Positions 57,168 to 64,000 of a stretch of 64,000 bases of DNA are shown here, in pieces. Location: NCBI GenBank assembly GCA_040772485.1, contig JAXGYC010000009.1, positions 224,001 to 288,000 of the forward strand, read 5' to 3'. Source of the DNA: Sedimentisphaerales bacterium (lineage in GTDB: Bacteria > Planctomycetota > Phycisphaerae > Sedimentisphaerales > Anaerobacaceae). Each line of letters opens with the position of its first letter. The first letter of the stretch is position 1. Under the pieces are notes generated by a model, which had not been told where the DNA came from, did no database searches, and worked only from the letters and a program-made list of their open reading frames with translations. The position numbers and the translations under genes are program-made.

Positions 57168-58517
57168 ATGAATCGTCGTCAATTCCTTCGAGCCACCACC
57201 GCCACAGTCGCGCTGAGTTCTTTCGGAGGACTCGTCCCGGCCTTCGCGCAGCCCAAGCGCAAACGCGTCGCCCTGATCGGGACCGGCTGGTACGGCAAGA
57301 GCGCCCTGTTCCGTCTGCTCCAGATCGCGCCGGTCGAGGTCGTCTCGCTGTGTGACGTGGACCGGAACATGGTCGCCGAGGCCGCCCAAATGGTCGCCGC
57401 CCGCCAGGCGTCAAAGAAGACGCCCCGCACCTATGGCGACTACCGGCAGATGCTCAAGAACGAGGAGTTGGACATCGTGCACGTCGCGACGCCGGACCAT
57501 TGGCATGCGCTGGCGATGATCGCGGCGGTCCAGGCGGGCGCCGACGTCTATGTCGAAAAGCCGATCAGCACGGACGTCGTCGAGGGGCAGGCGATGCTGG
57601 CGGCCGCTCGCAAGCACGGCCGCATGGTCCAGGTGAACATGCAGCGGCGCAGCACGCCGCACCTCATCGAGGCGCGCGATCGCGTCATCAAGGAGGGCAA
57701 GCTGGGCAAGGTCGCCCACGTCGAGATCTGCTGCTACTATCCGATGCGGGCGCGGGGCAACCCGGGCGAGCTGGCGCCGCCTGAGAGTCTCGACTACGAG
57801 ATGTGGACCGGTCCGGCCCCGATGCGGCCCTACAATCGCTGGGTCCATCCTCGCGGGTGGCGGGCCTTCATGGAATACAGCAACGGGATCGTCGGTGACA
57901 TGGGCGTGCACATGCTCGACATGGTCCGCTGGCTGCTCGATCTGGGCTGGCCGACTCGCATCAGCTCCTCCGGCGGCATTCTGGTCGACAAGGCCAGCGC
58001 TGCCAACATCAGCGACACGCAGATCGCCACGTTCGAGTTTCCTGAATGTCCGGTGGTCTGGACGCATCGCACCTGGGGCAGCGCCCCCGACCCCGAGTAT
58101 TCGTGGGCGGGAATCATCTACGGCGAGAAGGGAACGCTCAAGGCCGACGTCCACAAGTATGAGTTCATCCCGCTGGGCCAGGGCGAACGGATCAGCGGCA
58201 AGGCCCTGTACGAATACGACAAGTATCCCGAGGACGAGACCGAGAAGGACCTGGAGCGGCACGTCGCGGCGCCGATGCGGCGTCACTGGCAGAACCTGCT
58301 CGATTCGATCGAGACGCGCCGCCGGCCCGTCTGCGACATCGAGCAGGGCTACATCACCGCGACCTCCTGCATCCTGGCGAACATGGCGTGCCGGCTCGGA
58401 CGCACGCTCCAGTGGGACCCGCAGCAGGGCAGGGTGGTCGGCGACGACGAGGCGAACCGCCTTCTGGCCCGGCCCTATCGCAGTCCGTGGGTCCATCCCG
58501 ATCCTGCCAACGTGTAA
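57168..58517 (+). CDS. Tat-exported Gfo/Idh/MocA family oxidoreductase
   Basis: NRRQFL signal; LIGTGWYG, ATPDHWH, VYVEKP, DMGVHMLD. Confidence 0.93.
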   Translation: MNRRQFLRATTATVALSSFGGLVPAFAQPKRKRVALIGTGWYGKSALFRLLQIAPVEVVSLCDVDRNMVAEAAQMVAARQASKKTPRTYGDYRQMLKNEELDIVHVATPDHWHALAMIAAVQAGADVYVEKPISTDVVEGQAMLAAARKHGRMVQVNMQRRSTPHLIEARDRVIKEGKLGKVAHVEICCYYPMRARGNPGELAPPESLDYEMWTGPAPMRPYNRWVHPRGWRAFMEYSNGIVGDMGVHMLDMVRWLLDLGWPTRISSSGGILVDKASAANISDTQIATFEFPECPVVWTHRTWGSAPDPEYSWAGIIYGEKGTLKADVHKYEFIPLGQGERISGKALYEYDKYPEDETEKDLERHVAAPMRRHWQNLLDSIETRRRPVCDIEQGYITATSCILANMACRLGRTLQWDPQQGRVVGDDEANRLLARPYRSPWVHPDPANV

Positions 58518-58547
58518 AGGAGTGGTGTATGTCGTCCGCTACGATCT

Positions 58548-58642
58548 ATACCAAAAAGCAAGAAGCAAAAATCAAAATAGTGGAATCCGCCTTCGGCGGA
58601 TGACCTCCTTCATTTTACCGTTTGATACTTGATCTTTGATTT
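58548..58642. repeat. A-rich/T-rich 7-bp periodic arms around a C(TTCG)G hairpin
   Basis: caaaaag caagaag caaaaat caaaat, then atccgccttcggcggat, then tttgatacttgatctttgattt; 58548-58602 has an inverted copy at 41041-41095. Confidence 0.8.
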
Positions 58643-58668
58643 CAGCCGTCAGGTAAGGGGACACACAT

Positions 58669-60156
58669 ATGGCGCTACTGATGGGATACGATGTTGGCAG
58701 CTCTTCGGTCAAAGCCACGCTGATGGATGCGGGCACGGGCAAGGCGCTGGCGTCGGCGACCTCGCCGGACCGGGAGCTGGAAATCATTGCGAAACAGGCG
58801 GGCTGGGCCGAGCAGCACCCGGCGACGTGGTGGGAGCATGTCAAGCTCGCCACGCAGAAGATCAAGGCGACGGTCGCGTTCGACGCCTCCGACGTCAAGG
58901 CCATTGGCATTTCGTATCAGATGCACGGCCTGGTTCTGGTCGACAAGAGCAAGGAGGTGTTGCGGCCCTCGATCATCTGGTGCGACAGCCGGGCCGTGCA
59001 GATCGGCCAGAAGGCGGCCAGGGACATCGGCGCCAGAAAATGCCTCAAGCGGCTGCTCAATCTGCCCGGCAATTTTACCGCCTCGAAGCTCGCCTGGGTC
59101 AAGGCCAACGAGCCCAAGACCTATGCGAAGATCCACAAGATGATGCTACCGGGGGATTTTGTCGCGATGAAGATGACCGGCGAGATCCGGACGACGCCGT
59201 CGGGCCTGTCCGAAGGAATCATGTGGGATTTCGAGGAAGATCGACTCGCCGATTTCGTCCTGGACAATTATGGCATCTCCAGTGACTTGATCGCCGAGAC
59301 GGTTCCGACGTTCTCCGTCCAGGGCGAGCTGACGTCTGCGGCGGCGGCCGAGCTGGGCCTGGCGGCGGGCACGCCGGTCAGCTATCGGGGAGGCGACCAA
59401 CCCAACAACGCGCTGTCGCTGAGCGTGCTGAAGCCGGGCGAGGTCGCTGTCACCGCCGGCACCTCCGGCGTCGTCTACGGCGTCACCGACCAGAGCAACT
59501 ACGATCCGAAATCGCGCGTGAACATCTTCGTCCACGTCAACCACACGGCGAAGAAGCCGCGTTACGGCGTGCTGCTGTGCCTCAACGGGACCGGCATCCT
59601 GAATAGCTGGCTCAAGCACAACGTCGCCGGCGAAGGGCTCGACTATCCGCAGATGAACGATCTGGCCGCGACCGTGCCGGTTGGCTCCGAGGGTCTTGTG
59701 ATCCTGCCCTATGGCAACGGCGCCGAGCGGACGCTGGAGAATCGCAACATCGGCGCCTCCGTTCACGGCTGGAACTTCAACATTCACAAGAAGGCTCACT
59801 TCCTCCGCGCCGCGCAGGAAGGCATCGTCTTCGCGCTCAATTACGGCCTGGAAATCATGCGCGACATGGGCACGAAACTCAAGACGGTCAAGGCGGGCAA
59901 CGCCAACATGTTCCTCAGCCCGCTGTTTGCCGAGGCGTTTGCGACGATCACGGGCGCAACCGTCGAACTGTACAGCACCGACGGCTCCCAGGGCGCAGCG
60001 CGCGGCGCCGGCATCGGCGCCGGAATCTACAAGGGCCCGCAGGACGCCTTCGTCGGCCTCGAACCGGTGCGAAAGGTCGAGCCCAACAAGAAGCTCAAGA
60101 AGGCCTACCAGGGGGCCTACGAGAATTGGCGCGCGGTGTTGAAGCAGCAGCTTTGA
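58669..60156 (+). CDS. xylB: Xylulokinase (FGGY carbohydrate kinase)
   Basis: GYDVGSSSVK, SYQMHG, IIWCDSR, GNFTASKL, GDQPNNA, AGTSGV; near an xylA-like gene. Confidence 0.85.
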   Translation: MALLMGYDVGSSSVKATLMDAGTGKALASATSPDRELEIIAKQAGWAEQHPATWWEHVKLATQKIKATVAFDASDVKAIGISYQMHGLVLVDKSKEVLRPSIIWCDSRAVQIGQKAARDIGARKCLKRLLNLPGNFTASKLAWVKANEPKTYAKIHKMMLPGDFVAMKMTGEIRTTPSGLSEGIMWDFEEDRLADFVLDNYGISSDLIAETVPTFSVQGELTSAAAAELGLAAGTPVSYRGGDQPNNALSLSVLKPGEVAVTAGTSGVVYGVTDQSNYDPKSRVNIFVHVNHTAKKPRYGVLLCLNGTGILNSWLKHNVAGEGLDYPQMNDLAATVPVGSEGLVILPYGNGAERTLENRNIGASVHGWNFNIHKKAHFLRAAQEGIVFALNYGLEIMRDMGTKLKTVKAGNANMFLSPLFAEAFATITGATVELYSTDGSQGAARGAGIGAGIYKGPQDAFVGLEPVRKVEPNKKLKKAYQGAYENWRAVLKQQL

Positions 60157-60172
60157 ATGCGGGAGGTGTACG

Positions 60173-61258
60173 ATGCAGCGTGGTATGGCGGTTCTGATCG
60201 TGGCGACGTCAGCGTGCCTGTCGGCCGCAGCGGGCCAGAGCGATGGCGCGTTCGAGATTCGCAGGGGGACCAACATCAGTCACTGGCTCTCGCAGAGCAC
60301 CCGGCGGGGCGAAGCCAGACGGGAATGGTTCACCGAAAAGGACGTCGAACGGATCGCGTCGCTGGGCTTCGACCATATCCGTCTGCCCATCGATGAGGAG
60401 CAGATGTGGGACGAGGCGGGTCACAAGGAGGCCGAGGCCTTTGAGCTGCTGCACAGCGCCATCGGCTGGGCGCAGAAGAACAAGCTTCGCGTCGTGGTCG
60501 ATCTGCACATCCTGCGCTCGCACCATTTCAACGCCGACGAGAAACCGCTGTGGACGCAGCCGCAGGCCCAGGAGAAGTTCCTCCAGTTGTGGCGTGAGCT
60601 GTCGGCGGAGCTGAAGAAGTACCCCATTTCCGTCGTAGCGTACGAGCCGATGAACGAGCCGGTCGCCGACGATCCGGAAGACTGGAACCGGCTCGTCGCG
60701 AAGGCGGCGGCCGTCGTCCGCGAGAACGAGCCGCACCGCACCCTCGTGATCGGCTCGAACCGGTGGCAATCGACCAGCACGTTCGATCAACTGCGCATCC
60801 CCGAAGGCGACCGTGACATCATCCTGAGCTTCCACTTCTACACGCCCATGCTGATCACGCACTACAAGGCCTCCTGGACGGACGTGGGCCGCTACAAAGG
60901 CCCCGTGACCTATCCCGGCCGGCTCGTTACGCCCGAGGACATCGAAGGGCTGCCCGACGACATCGCCCGAATCGTTCGCAGCAACAACGGCGTCTACGAC
61001 CGCGAGAGGCTCGAAAGCCTGCTGGCCAAGCCGCTGGCCCTGGCGCAGAAGCTCGATCTGCCTCTCTATTGCGGCGAGTGGGGCGCCCTGCCCACCACCA
61101 GCCGCGAGGCGAGAATGCAGTGGTACCGCGACATGCGGGCCAACTTGGACAAGCAGGGCATTGCCTGGGCCAACTGGGACTACAAAGGCGGCTTCGGCAT
61201 CTTCACCCGCACCGGCGAACCCGATCGCGAGTTCATCGACGTCCTGCTCGGCCCGTAA
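60173..61258 (+). CDS. GH5 glycoside hydrolase
   Basis: Signal peptide; GFDHIRLP, YEPMNEP, FHFY, LYCGEWG, WANWDY. Confidence 0.92.
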   Translation: MQRGMAVLIVATSACLSAAAGQSDGAFEIRRGTNISHWLSQSTRRGEARREWFTEKDVERIASLGFDHIRLPIDEEQMWDEAGHKEAEAFELLHSAIGWAQKNKLRVVVDLHILRSHHFNADEKPLWTQPQAQEKFLQLWRELSAELKKYPISVVAYEPMNEPVADDPEDWNRLVAKAAAVVRENEPHRTLVIGSNRWQSTSTFDQLRIPEGDRDIILSFHFYTPMLITHYKASWTDVGRYKGPVTYPGRLVTPEDIEGLPDDIARIVRSNNGVYDRERLESLLAKPLALAQKLDLPLYCGEWGALPTTSREARMQWYRDMRANLDKQGIAWANWDYKGGFGIFTRTGEPDREFIDVLLGP

Positions 61259-61429
61259 CCGCCGCATGCAACGCGCCGAATGTGGAACATCGCGCGGGGG
61301 TTTGGCGACCGCGTCACCTGAGCTTAGGCTTCGCGCCGGGTGTCAAACGAGCATTTTGCCTACGCACCTCGACCCTCTCTGCCGGCTATGGGAGGAGCAT
61401 GACCAACATCCGTTTAGAGAGGATCAAAA

Positions 61430-61876
61430 ATGGCAACGCAAGTGGATACCAAGATCGATGAGGCGCAGATTCGCCAGCTCATGGACGACTGGGCGCGTGC
61501 AGCTCGTGACAAGGACATCGACGGGATCATGGCCTGCTACACGCCGGACATTGTTTCGTTCGATATGATGCCTCCGCTGCAATACGTGGGGGCCGAAGCG
61601 TACCGCAAGGACTGGGAAATCGGGCTTGAGATGTGCCAGGAGTCGGGTGACTTCGAGACGCGCGACGAAACCCTCGCCGTGGGCTCCGACGTGGCCTTCT
61701 GCCATCGGCTCAACCGGATGAGCGGGACCGACAAGGAGGGCAACGCGTTCGACTGCTGGGTGCGCTGGACCCAGTGCTTCCGCAAGGTCCACGGCAAGTG
61801 GCTGATCGCCCACGAGCACATCTCCGTCCCGCTCGACATGCAGACCAACCAGGCCCTGACCGACCTCAAGCCGTAA
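61430..61876 (+). CDS. SnoaL/NTF2-like (YybH) protein
   Basis: EAQIRQLMDDW, SFDMMPPLQY, WLIAHEHISVP. Confidence 0.9.
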   Translation: MATQVDTKIDEAQIRQLMDDWARAARDKDIDGIMACYTPDIVSFDMMPPLQYVGAEAYRKDWEIGLEMCQESGDFETRDETLAVGSDVAFCHRLNRMSGTDKEGNAFDCWVRWTQCFRKVHGKWLIAHEHISVPLDMQTNQALTDLKP

Positions 61877-61944
61877 CGGCGACTGGCTCAGTGTTGCTGG
61901 CGGCCGCCCCTCGTTTGGCTGCCGTGCCTGGGCGAAGCAGGCCA

Positions 61945-63063
61945 GATCCGAAACTCGCCCGATTTCGGATGGCAGATTTGCAGCCTGAAGCGAATCCGGA
62001 ATCCGCAGTCCCCAATCCGCAATCTGGGATCGGGCGCTGTTTGGCGTGCCACGTGCCACGAACAGGCCTGTCTGATGGCACGTGGCACGCCATCGTCGCC
62101 GGGGGTCTGTTGTGATGGCGGCGATGCGATCGGCGTGTGGGTTCCGTGTCTTTGACAGGGAATCGGTGTGCATGGCACACCGTACGATCTGATGTCTCTT
62201 AGGTCCCTCAGGTCGCTTGAGTCCTCTGGGACCTAAAGGACCCAAGGGACCTAAGGGACGCGGGGTACAGGTCCCGTGGCCGCCGGAGGTGACCAGTGCC
62301 AGTGCCACGTGCCACCAAAAGGGGTGTGTGTTGGCACTTGGCACTGGCACTGACTCAGGCATATCAGACACAGCCCAAAGACAACCTCTTCACCTGACAC
62401 GCAGGTGTAGGTGAAGAATCCCTGGTATGGGCGATGGTCGGTTGTAGGGGCGACGCATGCGTCGCCCGGGCGAGGTATGCCTCGCCCCTACGATGGGGGG
62501 ATGGGCGTTTGTAGTGACGCCGTAAGGCGTTATCATCCGATACGAAACTATGCCCTGACGGGCACACTACGGGCGGGTATGCCCTGACGGGCGCACTACA
62601 AACGGCAAGCCCTGCGAGCCCATGCCACTTCACACCTTGCAACAGCCAATACAGGCATTCCTGATAAGATAGGCAAAAGCGTACAGGTCGCGTGGCCGCT
62701 GGAGGTGACCAGTGCCAGTGCCAAGTGCCACCAACAGGGGTCTGTGTTGGCACTTGGCACTCGGCATGGGATCATCGTGCAGAGTCTTCACACATCCAGA
62801 GGGAATCGGTGTGCATTGCACACCCTACGATCTGGACCAGGGCAGATCCATGGATGTGACGATGGCGTGCCACGTGCCACGTGCCAACAACAGGGGTGTG
62901 TGTTGGCACACGTGGCACGCCATGGACGCTCTCGGGCAGCGGTGCAGGCTTGGGGAGTTGGTCTGCGGCCGCGTTTTCGGTGGCGGGTTGCCTTCGCCGG
63001 CTGCGGGCGGTAGTATAGGGCTCGTACCCGCAGGGGCGAGGCATGCCTGGCCCCTGCGGGTAC
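61945..63063. repeat. Non-coding mosaic of at least seven palindrome types
   Basis: Four GTGCCA/TGGCAC hairpins (62042, 62294, 62710, 62862); duplicated 35-mer at 62157 and 62800; duplicated block starting at 62265 and 62681; GTAG REPs; 7- and 9-bp periodic palindromes. Confidence 0.9.
62988..63016 (+). promoter_or_regulatory. Probable sigma70 promoter of the xylA-like gene
   Basis: TTGCCT - 17 nt - TAGTAT; a REP hairpin (63024-63063) would lie in the 5' UTR. Confidence 0.5.
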
Positions 63064-63130
63064 ACGACAGATGTTTCGGGTCGCAGGCGCGAAACAACGC
63101 AAATGGACGCAGATAGAAGGAGTGGCTGAG

Positions 63131-64000
63131 ATGGCGAAGAAGTCCTTACACAGCATCTGCCGGTGGACGTTCAATCCGGGCAAGGGCGGTTTCGTGCCGG
63201 GCGACATGCGGCCGGAATGGGGTCGCGGCTTCGGCACCCCTGAGATGATCGAGCTGGTGGCCAGGAAGGTCCGACCCCGCATGCCCAAGAACGTCCTGCT
63301 GGGCATCGAGATGCACTACGACGCCGAGGTGGACGACAAGAACGCCGCCGCCGTGGCCGATGCGCTGGTGTCCAACAAGCTGTACCTGGCGATGATCACG
63401 CCGGGCGCGCATTCGCACTTCGCCTACGGCGGCATCGCCTCGCTCGATCGGAACGAGCGCAAGGCTGCCGAGGACTTGGGCACCCGGACCGTGGACCTGG
63501 CCTACGGAACCATGAAGAAGGCGTGGCACCCCGAGACGGCGCCCGCGTTCGTCATCTGGAACGGCTCGTTCGGCTACGACATCGCCACCGTCGGCATCAG
63601 GCAGATGTATCAGAACCTCAAGGAGTCTGTCGCGGGCCTGTGCAAGTACGAGGCCAAGAAGGGCGGCCGGCTCTACATCGGCTTCGAGCCCAAGCCGAAC
63701 GAGGGGCACCCGGCGATGCTCATCCCGACGGTCGCCAGCGCGCTGCTGTTCTGGTACAGGGTCGAGAAGGAGTTCGGCGTCAACATCGCCCGGAAGGGCG
63801 TCAACAAGGAATTCGGCCACTCCGAGATGATCGGCCTCGACCACGTCGCCGACACGGTCGAGGAACTCGACAACGGCATGTGCGTCCACATGCACCTCAA
63901 CAGCCAGGGCTACAACGACGGGATCATCCTCGGCGGGCCGGGCAAGTACGACATCGACCACGGCGCCCGCATCAACGGGATGAACATCGCGATCGCCGGA
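63131..64000 (+). CDS. xylA: Divergent xylose isomerase-like TIM-barrel protein (runs off the window; not in the ORF track)
   Basis: Hand translation from ATG 63131: MAKKSLHSICRWTF..., FEPKPNE, GVNKEFGH, HMHLNSQ, KYDIDHG, resembling class I xylose isomerase motifs (EPKPNE, VNPEVGH, YDQD). Confidence 0.72.
   Translation, partial: MAKKSLHSICRWTFNPGKGGFVPGDMRPEWGRGFGTPEMIELVARKVRPRMPKNVLLGIEMHYDAEVDDKNAAAVADALVSNKLYLAMITPGAHSHFAYGGIASLDRNERKAAEDLGTRTVDLAYGTMKKAWHPETAPAFVIWNGSFGYDIATVGIRQMYQNLKESVAGLCKYEAKKGGRLYIGFEPKPNEGHPAMLIPTVASALLFWYRVEKEFGVNIARKGVNKEFGHSEMIGLDHVADTVEELDNGMCVHMHLNSQGYNDGIILGGPGKYDIDHGARINGMNIAIAG

Noticed and set aside
62042..62923. Repeated GTGCCA hairpins as a CRISPR array or integron attC array
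   Set aside because: Spacing is irregular (about 150-420 nt), repeats vary in length, spacers contain other repeats, there are no cas or intI genes, and no attC-type RYYYAAC/GTTRRRY ends or cassette ORFs were seen.
61866..63306. Short ORFs called across the repeat mosaic
   Set aside because: Their peptides (GPLGPLGP, WHVARGT, VGARHASP-like) are translations of the repeats, with no RBS or coding pattern.
1..64000. Selenocysteine or stop-codon readthrough genes
   Set aside because: No case was seen where homology clearly continues past an in-frame TGA/TAG; redox and Fe-S motifs (WCGWC, 2Fe-2S) use normal Cys codons.

Overview
High-GC bacterial chromosomal segment (roughly 60-65% GC by eye). 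It is most consistent with an anaerobic polysaccharide-degrading planctomycete (Phycisphaerae/Sedimentisphaerales-like), inferred from the prepilin H-X9-DG proteins, a multi-domain LamG protein and Tat-exported Gfo/Idh/MocA and TIM-barrel enzymes. Contents: glpK-glpF; a 17-kb CAZyme run (six-hairpin glycosidase, GH2, GH50-like, two PL11, GH97) interrupted by an ABC exporter; a five-gene operon of two TolB-like propellers, an FGE-sulfatase/histone-deacetylase fusion, an MBOAT and an SGNH-like protein; an ECF sigma module; an Nqr/Rnf-like B-C-D-E-F operon with no NqrA/RnfC; pfkA with a membrane-anchored SF2 helicase; and xylB plus a divergent xylA. No rRNA, tRNA, CRISPR, transposase or reverse transcriptase was seen. 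The window is rich in several families of small palindromic repeats (GTAG-type REPs and 7/8/9-bp periodic palindromes). Top observations: (1) REP doublets read in frame inside the N-termini of two adjacent glycosidases; (2) a candidate envelope acylation/deacylation operon; (3) the NqrA-less Nqr-like complex; (4) a 1.1-kb ordered repeat mosaic upstream of xylA; (5) a 101-bp duplicated gene 3' end flanking a frameshifted insert. All product calls come from motif recognition, not database searches.
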